DNA of 64,000 nucleotides from NCBI GenBank assembly GCA_019058015.1, contig JAHLWH010000258.1:34256-98255 (forward strand), in the 5' to 3' direction. Of this stretch, positions 50,090-60,534 are shown piece by piece. Numbering within the stretch: position 1 is the first letter of the stretch; each line of letters starts with the position of its first letter. Origin of the DNA: Promethearchaeota archaeon (GTDB lineage Archaea > Asgardarchaeota > Lokiarchaeia > Sigyniarchaeales > SOKP01). Position numbers and translations under genes: made by a program. Below the pieces are notes generated by a model, which did no database searches, was not told the DNA's origin, and was given only the letters and a program-made list of their open reading frames with translations.

Positions 50090-50998
50090 TTATTTTTTAT
50101 CTTTAATTAATTTTTTATACGATAATCCTAATAGATGAATTTTTAGTATATTTATTGGTGTAAGGAAAAAATGTCCAAAACTTCTTCTATTTGGTTGATG
50201 TCTTAAATATAAAAATCTCTTGAAAAAAGAGATTAACCTTTTATTTTGATTACTCAGTTTTAAAAAACGTTTGACTATTTTATTAAGCTCACAAGTATCA
50301 TTAAATAAATAAAAATTTGTTGCTTTTATGGACCATTTTATTGCTTCTAACTCATATTTTAAATTATTTTTATAAAATAAACCAAATCCAATCGAAAAAA
50401 TTGAAATAATTAAATTTAAAAGAATACTTTTAATCATTCCAAATGAAGTAATGGTAATTTCGTTGTCAATGTATCGTAAATCTTCTCCCAAAAGAATAAT
50501 TGAGGAACTAATCATACTTTTTATCACTATATTTCTCGGAGCGAATATATAAGCAAAAATTCTATTCACTCGAAAGATTTTTGCAAATTTTTTCGATAAC
50601 CAGTATGATTTTCTTGTTATAAAATGAGATACATACATTCCAGTAGACTTCTCAATAATTTTGAGTAGAGAATCCAAAAAATTATTTGGTTTAATATTTA
50701 ACTCGTGTTTAATCTCTAATTCGAAGAAATATTTTTCTAATGAATTAATTTCGGCATCTGAAATATCGTCAGATAAGATTACCAGTATATCACAGTCTGA
50801 TATCTTAGATGTATCATTCAAATAAGTATTACTTCCAAATAAGACAATTGAAATTATTTTATCTGAACCAACTTTTTTTTTAAGAAATCTGATTAAATCA
50901 TCTATGTACCCTATTACTTTTTGATTGGATACACCGGATATTTTTTCTATAGATTTAAGTGAAAACTTTTGTCTTTTTTTTGTTGTAGATTTGACCAA
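50090..50998 (-). CDS. Pol-beta-type nucleotidyltransferase domain protein
   Basis: IVLFGS....ISDCDILVIL followed by a helical C-terminal domain. Confidence 0.75.
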   Translation of the reverse strand: MVKSTTKKRQKFSLKSIEKISGVSNQKVIGYIDDLIRFLKKKVGSDKIISIVLFGSNTYLNDTSKISDCDILVILSDDISDAEINSLEKYFFELEIKHELNIKPNNFLDSLLKIIEKSTGMYVSHFITRKSYWLSKKFAKIFRVNRIFAYIFAPRNIVIKSMISSSIILLGEDLRYIDNEITITSFGMIKSILLNLIISIFSIGFGLFYKNNLKYELEAIKWSIKATNFYLFNDTCELNKIVKRFLKLSNQNKRLISFFKRFLYLRHQPNRRSFGHFFLTPINILKIHLLGLSYKKLIKDKK

Positions 50999-51054
50999 TA
51001 TCTTTCCTTTTAAGTTTTATAATTGACTGTTATAAATTAAATGATTAAAAAAAA

Positions 51055-53073
51055 TTAGATCTTGTTTGCGACGCGATAACCTCGATGTATTGCCTCTAAA
51101 ATCGTTGCAGGTTCTTTGCAATCTCCGATTAGGAATAATTTTTTATATTTTCCAGATTTTTTAAGTTGATTAAATAATTCATCATTTGGTTTTACACCAG
51201 TTGCAAGTAAAAATGTATCAACACCATCAATTTCTAAATCTTCTTGACCTGCTAGCGAATAAAATATTTTGTCTTTTTCAATTTTGGTAATATTTGCATT
51301 TGTAATTATTTTAACTCCCAATTTATCGCATTTTCCTAAAAATGTCCATTTAGTTGTTTTGCCTACACCACTTCCAACTCGTGGTAACATTTCTAAAACT
51401 GTTACCTTTTTATTTCCTTTATAGAGCATTTCCAAAGCAACCTCTGGTTCTAAACAGTTATAAAATGTTAGAAATTCAAGTGCATCACCTTTCATAGAGC
51501 CATATTTTGCCACATAAATTGCAACTTCAATACCTGTCGCACCCCCTCCAATGATTACAACATTTTTTCCCAAAGGTGCCTTTCCTTCTAAAATATCAGT
51601 AGCAAAAAAAACATTTTCATTATCAATTCCAGGAATATTTGGAATGATTGGTCTTGCACCTGTTGCAAATATAATAACATCAGGATTAACTTCTTCAATT
51701 ATTTTCTCTGTAACATCAATATTTAAATGCAGATTTATTCCATGTTTCTCAATTTGATATTCATAATAATCAATCATTTTCTTAAATGATTGTCTTCCAG
51801 GAGGGATATAAACTGAATAAATTAACCCACCAATTTTTTCTTCCTTTTCAAATAATTCTACAATATGCCCTCTAATTCTTGCAATTCTTGCTGCTTCTAG
51901 ACCTGCGGGTCCAGCTCCTATTATCATTATTTTTTTAGTTTCTTCTATCTTTTTGAGCGCATTTTTCTTCTCATTTCCCGCTTGAGCATTTCTAAGACAT
52001 TGAATTGGTTTTGCGATAAATACATTATCAAAACAACCTTGATTGCATGCAACGCAATGTCGAATATCTCGTAGTTCACCTTTTAATGCTTTATTTGGTA
52101 GATATGGATCTGTTATTAATGCTCTTCCAAAACAAATGCAATCTGCTTTATCGGCCATCAAAATTTCTTCGGCTAATACTGGATTATTAATCCTATTAGA
52201 AGCAAAAATTGGGATTGATACTGCATTTTTAATATTTTCAGCAAGATAAGAATATGCACCGGGAGGAACATCAGCGGTAATCTGCGGAATAAGCGTTTCA
52301 TGCCATCCTCCTGTAACATTAATAAAATCTAATCTTGCTTTTTCATAAGCTTTTGCAATTTGTGGTTTGATTTTATAGGTGAGACTACCTGGTACAAAAT
52401 CATCACCAGATTCCCGAAAACCAAACGTAAAGTTACCTACTTTCCCACGTACTGTTTCAATTAACTCTAATGGAAAATTTAAACGACTCTCAAGTTCTCC
52501 TCCATATTTATCAGTCCTTTTATTAACCAACGGAGATAAAAATTGTCCCACAAGATAACCCGCAGATGCGCAAACTTCTACACAATCAAAACCACTATCT
52601 TTCGCTCTAACCGCTGCTGCAGCAAAAGCTTCCTGAGCTTCTTTAATGTCCTCATGATTCATTTCTCTTGGCGTAGTTTTAGAAAATTTTGAATAAGTAG
52701 GTGATGCAGAAATAGGTGTATCATTAATCACAAAAGGCATTGAATACCTCCCAGAATGATATAATTGAGCTCCAACCCTAACTGTACTTTCAGATTCATG
52801 GATTTTACTAACAAGATCCGTCAAACCGGGAACATATTTATCATCATCTATTCCAATCATACTTGGTAATCCCATTCCCAATCTATGAACGTGACAACCA
52901 CCTACTATTAAAAGTCCAGCACCTCCTATTGCCCTTTCAATATAAAAATTAATCATTCGATCAGTTATAAAACTTTCTTTAGCATACCCCAAATGCATCG
53001 CGGGCATTACAATTCTATTTTTTAATTCAATTTGCCCGATTTTTATCGGATTAAACAACTTAAAAAATTTCAC
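51055..53073 (-). CDS. fadH: 2,4-dienoyl-CoA reductase-like flavoenzyme (OYE barrel, Fe-S, FAD)
   Basis: NRIVMPAMH, QLYHSGR, QFLSP..NKRTDKYGG, GWHE, CVACNQGC..C, GAGPAG, GGGATG. Confidence 0.85.
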   Translation of the reverse strand: MKFFKLFNPIKIGQIELKNRIVMPAMHLGYAKESFITDRMINFYIERAIGGAGLLIVGGCHVHRLGMGLPSMIGIDDDKYVPGLTDLVSKIHESESTVRVGAQLYHSGRYSMPFVINDTPISASPTYSKFSKTTPREMNHEDIKEAQEAFAAAAVRAKDSGFDCVEVCASAGYLVGQFLSPLVNKRTDKYGGELESRLNFPLELIETVRGKVGNFTFGFRESGDDFVPGSLTYKIKPQIAKAYEKARLDFINVTGGWHETLIPQITADVPPGAYSYLAENIKNAVSIPIFASNRINNPVLAEEILMADKADCICFGRALITDPYLPNKALKGELRDIRHCVACNQGCFDNVFIAKPIQCLRNAQAGNEKKNALKKIEETKKIMIIGAGPAGLEAARIARIRGHIVELFEKEEKIGGLIYSVYIPPGRQSFKKMIDYYEYQIEKHGINLHLNIDVTEKIIEEVNPDVIIFATGARPIIPNIPGIDNENVFFATDILEGKAPLGKNVVIIGGGATGIEVAIYVAKYGSMKGDALEFLTFYNCLEPEVALEMLYKGNKKVTVLEMLPRVGSGVGKTTKWTFLGKCDKLGVKIITNANITKIEKDKIFYSLAGQEDLEIDGVDTFLLATGVKPNDELFNQLKKSGKYKKLFLIGDCKEPATILEAIHRGYRVANKI

Positions 53074-53204
53074 ATCTAATACATCTCTTTTTAATTTGAA
53101 TCCTATTTGATTAATTAATTTAGAAGTATTAAAGGAAAATTAAAAATGTAATTAATTATATTTTTCGCCCAATTATGAAATTTATCTAAATATAGTCTGG
53201 TCTC

Positions 53205-53726
53205 TTACTCAATCGAATTTCTCTTTCTTGAGGTTCTCCAAGCTTGAAATAATATAATTAAATAAACAGGAACTGCACCACTAAAGCACCATACACATAT
53301 CATAGTTTCCATTAGTCCAGGTGCTCCAGAACTTCGAAAAAAGGGATTTATATCCAAAGGGAATAAAGGTTGAATATCAGTATAAATTGGGGCGTCAAGT
53401 AGAATGTGGATATAAACACCAGCTAAAGCAGCTACCAAGATTCTTTTAAACGATATTTCTTGTTCTAATTTAAAAAATGACAATAAAGGAGAAATAGGTT
53501 TTCTAATTTTACTCATAACTGCTGCTAGAAGAAAAGCAATAATGGTCCCTCCTAAAAAAGAATGAAAAAAACCGTGTAAAGGATAATCTAAACCAAATAG
53601 TATAACAATAATTGGTTCCACATCAACAATTACGCTTGCTATCAAAAATGTAGGAAAATCAATGAAATAAAACAGTATTAATCCTATTAGAAGCCCAGGA
53701 CCTAAATGAAAAGGTGTTAATGGCAT
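53205..53726 (-). CDS. Membrane-bound metal-dependent hydrolase
   Basis: TPFH, VDVEP, HGFFHS, HILLD, PLFP. Confidence 0.8.
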   Translation of the reverse strand: MPLTPFHLGPGLLIGLILFYFIDFPTFLIASVIVDVEPIIVILFGLDYPLHGFFHSFLGGTIIAFLLAAVMSKIRKPISPLLSFFKLEQEISFKRILVAALAGVYIHILLDAPIYTDIQPLFPLDINPFFRSSGAPGLMETMICVWCFSGAVPVYLIILFQAWRTSRKRNSIE

Positions 53727-53802
53727 ACAATAATAAATATACTTATTTCTTTTTTTAATTCTTCGATTAAAAATTAGAAAGTTGTTAATATATCTATTAT
53801 TT

Positions 53803-54264
53803 TCATAAATAACGTTCTTTTAATTTAGTGCCACAAGATTTGCATATTCTAGCTCTCCAATGTTGTAATGTTTGACATGTTGGACAAGTGTTTAAATCAA
53901 TCGTTTTAGATATCCATTGCGCTTTACCAAATTCTTTTTGATAATTCACATCCCATTTAACTTTTTTAATAAATTCTTTAAATGGAAAGCGTTCTATTAA
54001 ATCACAAGGAAATTCTTCACATTCTGCACAACTCTGGATATCCTTATTTTGTACACATTCTTTAATTTTACACACTTTACAAAAAAAAAAAACTAAATCG
54101 GAATTACAACCTTCACAAATTATTTTTTCTGGTTTTATCCCAATACTCTTTGCTAATTTTTGTTTTAACTTATCATCATTGTTTTTATAAGCAATTAAAT
54201 ATGGACATACTCCACAATACACACCGCAAGGTGCTAATAATTTCGAATTATTCATATAGATCAT
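53803..54264 (-). CDS. DUF3795-like Cys-rich protein with C-terminal zinc ribbon
   Basis: APCGVYCGVC, CEGC, CKIKEC, CAECEEFPC, CPTC..CKSC. Confidence 0.8.
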   Translation of the reverse strand: MIYMNNSKLLAPCGVYCGVCPYLIAYKNNDDKLKQKLAKSIGIKPEKIICEGCNSDLVFFFCKVCKIKECVQNKDIQSCAECEEFPCDLIERFPFKEFIKKVKWDVNYQKEFGKAQWISKTIDLNTCPTCQTLQHWRARICKSCGTKLKERYL

Positions 54265-54298
54265 CTAAAAACTACTTTTACTTCTACTTTAAAGTACA

Positions 54299-55078
54299 TT
54301 AACGAAAATATGAATCGTCGCCGGCTTTTTTTTTCCCAAAATCACTTACAACTCTAGACTTTAATGAAGAAATCAGTTTCTCAAGATCTACAACTTGTTT
54401 ATCTAACTCTTCATAGGTCACATCTGAAAGAGAAAAATATTCTTTAATAGTTAAAACCAGAGCTCTTGAAGCTTTTGGATCGGCATTTAACATAGGAACT
54501 GGTACGGTTTCGGCTAGCAAACAAATTCCAGGTGCATATCCTTTAACACCAGCATACGCAGGTAATATTCCATTAGCTCCTGCGATGATCCCTCCTTCCA
54601 TTAATTTTGTGTTTTCTAATTTTAAAAAACCCTTAACAATATTTGGATCTGTTCCAGATATGTGAACATTTACAATTTCTGGTATTATTTCAGGAACTAA
54701 CGCTCCAGTACTAAGATACATTTGCATACTATCATTAGTAATGTTTTTCATTAATTCACATAAATTTTTGCTAAACTCATAGATGCCATCAGCAGTTTGA
54801 GGCTGAAAATCTGCCGTTAAAAAGAAAAAATCATGTTCCTCACCAGATTTATAATGAATATTTGCAGTTGGTAATTTCATATTGCCCTTTTCGACAATCG
54901 ATTTTGGAGGAAAATCGTTATATTCGATTTTTATATAGGATTTCGCGTTTATTGACGCTATTATAGTTGTAATTGCAACTTTTCCAACTAAAGCAATTCC
55001 TGGCCATCCAATTAACATTATTGGATTTTTAATATCACTTTTTGGAATTTCAAACTTATATTCTGTATTGAAAATCAT
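54299..55078 (-). CDS. PAC2-family proteasome assembly chaperone
   Basis: IGWPGIALVGKVA, DFQP, GIIAGANGIL, CLLAET, DPKAS. Confidence 0.85.
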   Translation of the reverse strand: MIFNTEYKFEIPKSDIKNPIMLIGWPGIALVGKVAITTIIASINAKSYIKIEYNDFPPKSIVEKGNMKLPTANIHYKSGEEHDFFFLTADFQPQTADGIYEFSKNLCELMKNITNDSMQMYLSTGALVPEIIPEIVNVHISGTDPNIVKGFLKLENTKLMEGGIIAGANGILPAYAGVKGYAPGICLLAETVPVPMLNADPKASRALVLTIKEYFSLSDVTYEELDKQVVDLEKLISSLKSRVVSDFGKKKAGDDSYFR

Positions 55079-55239
55079 TTAAATCTCTGACTTCAAACCA
55101 AATGGGTTCTTATATTTAAAAATATAAAAGTGGAAATTTAAATAACTATATATTTTAAAACATTTATGTTTTTTGAAAAAAACCCTAAAATTGAGCATTT
55201 TTCTAAAATTTTTAAATTAATATCGCTATTTTTTTCTTA

Positions 55240-56343
55240 TTACATGCCAGTTTTAGGAATCTTCTCGCCACAACTAGGGCAAAATCTGAAATTGAAATGT
55301 CTCTCCATTGAAAATCCACAATAGGGGCAAAAGATAGGTGATTCTGAGTCTGTTATTTCTGGTTGAATTTGAGGTTTAGGAACAGGTTGTCTTGGAATTT
55401 CATAGGGAGTAGAACTAGGTAAAGGAATTTGTTGTTGTGGTGTTCTTTGGTAATATTGCAATCTTGAATCTCTGCTATACATTTGCTTTTTGCAATAAAC
55501 TAACAGAGTAATTAGTAAGCATGATAAAAGTGGAGATAAAAGCATATTTGTAATATTGTAGATTAAAGTATAAATAATAACCATCAAATAATTTCTTGTT
55601 GCCGGGTGAAACGCAGCATTATATTCTGTGGCAGGTATTATTAAATCAAGAATTAAAGTATAAATAAGTGAAACAATGTATGTTATTATTAAATTTAAAA
55701 TAAGTAGACCGAAAATTCTCAAGAAATTCTTTTTTGAATAACGACGACTCGCTTTAATACACATTAGTTTTTCTTCTGACTCTATTGAATTCATTACTGG
55801 AGAGAAAATGAAAAAAATGTATATTATTAAGGCAGGGATAAATAAAAGTAAGAGACCTAAGGATATTAATAAAGCAAACAATAGAGGAATTAGTAATATT
55901 TCGATTTTCATAGATCTTTTAAATTCTTCTGCAGAATTGACCTCTTGTTTTAGATATATTTTATATAAATATCCCCCAACAATACCAAAGGCTAGAAATT
56001 GAGAGAAATTTGAAAAGAATAATTCTGCGCTTAAAAGTAGAAAACTGAAACCTAAAATGGGTAACATAGAATTTATTATTTCTTGTAATTCTTCAATGCT
56101 TGCTGTTTCATAATCTATATTTTCAAGCATTTGATTTAATTGTAAATTTAATTCCGTTAATTGCCAGTTTGGATCTATCATAACTAGGTTTGAAATAATC
56201 TGAAATATGATTGAAATTAAGACAAAAATAGGTAAAATCTTAAAATAAGTCTTCTTAAAAAGTGAAAATCCATCAGTTATTGAATCAGAATAAGATTTAT
56301 TAAAATATTCTTGAGGTATATCAATTTTTTTTTCCATATTCAC
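55240..56343 (-). CDS. Membrane protein with Pro/Gln linker and C-terminal double zinc ribbon
   Basis: About 6 TMs; CPYCG..FCPSCG. Confidence 0.75.
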   Translation of the reverse strand: MNMEKKIDIPQEYFNKSYSDSITDGFSLFKKTYFKILPIFVLISIIFQIISNLVMIDPNWQLTELNLQLNQMLENIDYETASIEELQEIINSMLPILGFSFLLLSAELFFSNFSQFLAFGIVGGYLYKIYLKQEVNSAEEFKRSMKIEILLIPLLFALLISLGLLLLFIPALIIYIFFIFSPVMNSIESEEKLMCIKASRRYSKKNFLRIFGLLILNLIITYIVSLIYTLILDLIIPATEYNAAFHPATRNYLMVIIYTLIYNITNMLLSPLLSCLLITLLVYCKKQMYSRDSRLQYYQRTPQQQIPLPSSTPYEIPRQPVPKPQIQPEITDSESPIFCPYCGFSMERHFNFRFCPSCGEKIPKTGM

Positions 56344-56452
56344 AATAAACTTTGTAGTTATTTATATTTTAAGAATATCAATTTCTATTGAATAATCTCT
56401 TGGATTACTTTTACCCAATGACTTAAAATTGAATAAAAATAAAAGAGAAATT

Positions 56453-57121
56453 TTATTTTTTAGTTTTTCTTCCTTGAAGATCCTCAGAAAAAAAAGAATT
56501 TCCATAATGTGTAAATAATATCGATGATGGAGCATGTTGTGTCATTCTATCTTTGGCTATAAGAGTAGTTACAGGAGCTTCTGAATATTTTGTAAAAGTT
56601 ATATCATGACCAACGCATAAACCACAGATTATATTCATTTCTGTCCCAGCATCATTTAAAAGTAATGCTTGAGCAACAGGATTACAAGTCACCGACCCTA
56701 TCATATATCCTGTCTTTGATTTTATTTCATATTCTTTAGGAACCCCAACCTCTGTTTTTAAAAGACCTCCTGTTTTACAACAAATACTTGTCACATCAAA
56801 ATCATACCGTTCAAGAATTTCTACTACTTTCTTGGTTTCATTCATTAATCCGACACAAAATGCGATACCTAATTTTTTATATCCTTGAAGTTTGGCAAAT
56901 TCAATAGTGTCTTTCAATCTTGGCCACTTAATATAACCCGTTGCTTCAACTATTGACGCATTTTTTGTGATTTCTTTAATTTCATCAACTTCTTCATATA
57001 TTTTTTTTGCTTTTTCCAAGATTTCTGGGGCGATTCTCATAGGGCAATTTTCAATGCCTGGTCGATTAAATGTACAAGGAGCTATTGCCTCTTTACTCAA
57101 ATGACAAGTATATTTTCCCAT
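56453..57121 (-). CDS. DUF1847-like metal-binding protein
   Basis: KLGIAFCVGL, SICCK, CNPVAQA, GLCVGHD, TTLIAKDR. Confidence 0.85.
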   Translation of the reverse strand: MGKYTCHLSKEAIAPCTFNRPGIENCPMRIAPEILEKAKKIYEEVDEIKEITKNASIVEATGYIKWPRLKDTIEFAKLQGYKKLGIAFCVGLMNETKKVVEILERYDFDVTSICCKTGGLLKTEVGVPKEYEIKSKTGYMIGSVTCNPVAQALLLNDAGTEMNIICGLCVGHDITFTKYSEAPVTTLIAKDRMTQHAPSSILFTHYGNSFFSEDLQGRKTKK

Positions 57122-57304
57122 AATTTATATCCTCCTTATAATAAAATATTTGAGATAATAACGATGATTGAGTTTAATTTTTAACTTAAAAAGAAAAAGA
57201 TAATAAGATCTACTTAAGCATTTCTTAACTTATAATAATTTTTAAACAAATTAGTAAAAAAAAAAGAAAAAATTATTTTTAATATGTATTTTGGTAAAGA
57301 TTGG

Positions 57305-57544
57305 TTATCCTCCACCGATTAATGGGAAAATTGCTATAATATCCCCATCCTTGAGAGTGAAATCATCTTTTTGACGTTTTCTATTAACCAAGGTTATCAA
57401 CCTTTTCTCTTCCTTAGGTATTTTAAACTTTTCAATAATAGAGTTTACATCGCTACCTTTTGGTAAATCCATCACTGATTTAGCCGCTCCATATTGTCTT
57501 AAATCGGCAAATAATTTAACTGTAACAGAAATCAAATTATTCAT
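57305..57544 (-). CDS. MoaD/ThiS/SAMP sulfur-carrier (ubiquitin-like) protein
   Basis: True start is probably ATG at 57544 (MNNLISVTVKLFADL); LKDGDIIAIFPLIGGG ends in diglycine. Confidence 0.85.
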   Translation of the reverse strand: MNNLISVTVKLFADLRQYGAAKSVMDLPKGSDVNSIIEKFKIPKEEKRLITLVNRKRQKDDFTLKDGDIIAIFPLIGGG

Positions 57545-57830
57545 CGTTATCTTCCACCTTCTTAAAGTACCATTTATATAGTAATCCCATATTTTTTGGG
57601 AAAATCGCAACTCTATCTCCATCTTTAACCTTTTTGCGAAGTCCGGAAAATATTCTATTTACAAAAATATGGCTTGTTTCACTTTCTTCTATGCCGATTT
57701 TTTTAAAAATATCACTTACTAATTTTATCTCTGTACCATCGATATCAATGACACTTGGAGCACCTTTTGAATAATTGTGTTGTGGTAATATTTTCCTCAG
57801 ATCTCCATACAATCTTACCTGTATAGGCAT
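57537..57830 (-). CDS. MoaD-like beta-grasp protein lacking the C-terminal diglycine
   Basis: IQVRLYGDLR, IFVN, VKDGDRVAIFP followed by KNMGLLYKWYFKKVEDNDE. Confidence 0.8.
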   Translation of the reverse strand: MPIQVRLYGDLRKILPQHNYSKGAPSVIDIDGTEIKLVSDIFKKIGIEESETSHIFVNRIFSGLRKKVKDGDRVAIFPKNMGLLYKWYFKKVEDNDE

Positions 57831-57843
57831 TTTTTATGAGCTC

Positions 57844-59580
57844 TTAAAACTTGAAGACACTGTCCAGTTCTTCATCTGAAACATTAAAAACTTCATTATC
57901 TGGCGGAAATTTTTCTTCCCTCATGAATTCAGGAAGTCTATCGTCTAAAGATGTGAACCCAGCAGCTTTATTGAATTTAATTTCAGTTTCAATGACTTGC
58001 ATTCCAATTGTGGGGATATCATCTAATGTTAAACTTGTCCCTAACACACCATTAACTGATTCTACAACACCTTCCAAACCTTCAACAATATCAAGGATCG
58101 CAAAAGCTATGAATAGACAGTAACCTGTTGAATCCACAACAGCTGTAGCTACTTGTAAGTTGCGGGAAAGTTCTGCCTTTTTAGTATCCAAACGATCAGC
58201 TTCACCTCCTACGCCCATAATTTCTGTAGCTATTGCATATCCAGCAGTATGGTCCGCTCCCATAGGAGTGGTTGCATAGGTGACCCCTATTCCCTTTATG
58301 GCTCTCGGATCATAAGCAGGCATAGCCTGACCTTTTACAGTGGGGATTCTCGTTACTCCAAAAGCTTTACCGGTAAATTCCGTTCCGTTAGCTAATATTC
58401 TACCAGTGGGCGTCTTATTACGAATTTCCTCTAAAAGTTTTAAAGCTGCTTTTCCATCTCCGAAATCAGCTAATCCTCCTTCCATAGCTACAGCGAGAGT
58501 ATTACCTGTCTCAATTGTATCTAACCCGAGATCATTACATGCGCGATTGAGCTCGCCTATGGTATCCAAGTCATAGATTTCGCAGTTTGGACCTAATGCC
58601 CAGACAGATTCATATTCTAGAACCCCAACAGGATCTTTTCCATTAGGTTTTGTCCAAACCTCAGAACACCGAATAACGCACCCTGTATGACAACCGTGTG
58701 GACGTACTCCACCTCTTTTCTTTATTTCCTCAGCTTTTGCCTCTCCAGATACTTTTTCGGCTCTATCATCTTGTCCTCGTGAAAAATTCCTCTGAGGCAA
58801 TCCACCATTTTCATTTATAATATTGATTAATACACTTGTGCCGTAAGTATTGAGAGCTCCACCTGGCTTAGTTACATCATGATCTCCAAGTGCTTTGAGG
58901 AGCTTTGCTGTACCATTTTTAAAGACTTCTTCATTCTTGATTTCTACTCCTAGAGCACCAGTTTCATCAATAACTATAAATTTCAAACCTCGAGACGCCA
59001 TAACTGCTCCAAGCCCACCTCTTCCAGCATACCGACTTGGTAGACCCTCAGGGTCGTTAAAACATAGTCCTGAATTACCTCCAAACAACTCTGCAGCTAT
59101 ACCAACACCACAGATACCAATTTTTTCTCCGAATTCTTTGCGCAAATCCTTATATACCTCATAGAATCCCTTTCCTACCCACTTATTTGCTTTAATAAAT
59201 TCAGTTCCATCATTTGTAATTTTAAGAAGATAATAATCTTTTCCTTCAGTTTGTCCTTCTATAATAATTGCTCCAATACGCATCCTCCCAAGCATCTGTG
59301 CAAAATTTGTTCCCACATTGGCTTCTTTTATTCCCCCAGTTAAAGGAGACTTACCTCCAACGGAAAGACGACCGGAACTTGGAGCCTTTGTTCCAGTAAC
59401 AATCCCTGGAGCCAATACAACCTTATTATGAGGTCCTAACGGATGACAAGTTGGGGGGACTTCTTCTGCAACAATTGTCGAAGTAAGACCGCGTCCGCCC
59501 AGATATTGATATTTCTCTGGCAAATCTTCATAATTTGTTTCGAGCTTTTTCATATTTACTCTTATAATTTTCCTAGGCAT
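57844..59580 (-). CDS. aor: Tungsten-containing aldehyde:ferredoxin oxidoreductase family protein
   Basis: LGGRGL, KSPLTGGIKEAN, AGRGGLGAVM, CHTGCVIRC, EYE, DLGLDTI, YDPR, GADH. Confidence 0.92.
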   Translation of the reverse strand: MPRKIIRVNMKKLETNYEDLPEKYQYLGGRGLTSTIVAEEVPPTCHPLGPHNKVVLAPGIVTGTKAPSSGRLSVGGKSPLTGGIKEANVGTNFAQMLGRMRIGAIIIEGQTEGKDYYLLKITNDGTEFIKANKWVGKGFYEVYKDLRKEFGEKIGICGVGIAAELFGGNSGLCFNDPEGLPSRYAGRGGLGAVMASRGLKFIVIDETGALGVEIKNEEVFKNGTAKLLKALGDHDVTKPGGALNTYGTSVLINIINENGGLPQRNFSRGQDDRAEKVSGEAKAEEIKKRGGVRPHGCHTGCVIRCSEVWTKPNGKDPVGVLEYESVWALGPNCEIYDLDTIGELNRACNDLGLDTIETGNTLAVAMEGGLADFGDGKAALKLLEEIRNKTPTGRILANGTEFTGKAFGVTRIPTVKGQAMPAYDPRAIKGIGVTYATTPMGADHTAGYAIATEIMGVGGEADRLDTKKAELSRNLQVATAVVDSTGYCLFIAFAILDIVEGLEGVVESVNGVLGTSLTLDDIPTIGMQVIETEIKFNKAAGFTSLDDRLPEFMREEKFPPDNEVFNVSDEELDSVFKF

Positions 59581-59730
59581 AATTTACACCTTTTTTTTTA
59601 AACTAAAATTTTTTTTAAAAATAATGTTTTTTAGCGTTTACTGAAAATATCTTAAAGATATATATATTTTATTTATAGTTAAATACGTCATGTATGAAGA
59701 AACATATTGAAAACATATAAAAAGCTTGAA

Positions 59731-60339
59731 TTAAAATACATCTTGTATCCACTGGAAAAAAGTGAGGTATCCACCAACCCACATAGATGCAGTTAAATGA
59801 AGGTATAATAAGCTAAATATAAAGCCAAACACTATTCCGAAGATTACATCCAGTGGATAATGCATCCCAAGTGTTATTCGTGTTAAACCCATTGCACATG
59901 CTATAATGATACCCGCCAGTAAAATTATCCATGAATTAAAGTAAAAAGCAAACACATAACTAAAGAAAAAAGTAAAAGTTATATGGCCCGAAGGGAAAGC
60001 TTTTTTTGCTTTAGTTATTTTATCTCTTTTTTTAATTGATTGGTTTTTTAGCTCGATATAGGGTCGTTTTCTCTTTACTATCACATATCTTATTATAATA
60101 TAAAAGAAAAAGGTCTGGTTAAACCCTCCCGACACTAGCGAGAAAAAATAATAATCTCTAATTATATAATTAACAATGAGAATTACAATAGAAACGCCAA
60201 TTAAAAAGTAAAGATTACCAAAAAATGATATTATCTTTGCAACTATCATATATTTCCGGGATAACTCATTTCTGTACAGTTTTAAAAATGTCCTTTTATC
60301 CCAATCCAGAAGTTTATCAAATGAATTTCTTAAACCCAT
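59731..60339 (-). CDS. PAP2-family membrane phosphatase
   Basis: KRKRP, FPSGH, TRITLGMHYPLDV. Confidence 0.9.
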   Translation of the reverse strand: MGLRNSFDKLLDWDKRTFLKLYRNELSRKYMIVAKIISFFGNLYFLIGVSIVILIVNYIIRDYYFFSLVSGGFNQTFFFYIIIRYVIVKRKRPYIELKNQSIKKRDKITKAKKAFPSGHITFTFFFSYVFAFYFNSWIILLAGIIIACAMGLTRITLGMHYPLDVIFGIVFGFIFSLLYLHLTASMWVGGYLTFFQWIQDVF

Positions 60340-60534
60340 TTTATCTTAATATTAAAATCTTTTTTCCCTTTAAATTTTTTTAAATTAATTTTTAATGATT
60401 AAGTCAAATAATTCATAATTATCCGAAAATTTATCACCTATCCATTTTAAATAAAAAAAAACCTAATAATTCATTACATATTAATTAATTAAAAGAAAAT
60501 AAACAAGAAATAATAACTATTGAGCGTGAAATAA

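Noticed and set aside
57545-57622. N-terminal extension of the ThiS/MoaD ORF given in the track
   Set aside because: It overlaps the upstream gene's coding region; ATG at 57544 gives a normal 79-aa beta-grasp protein.
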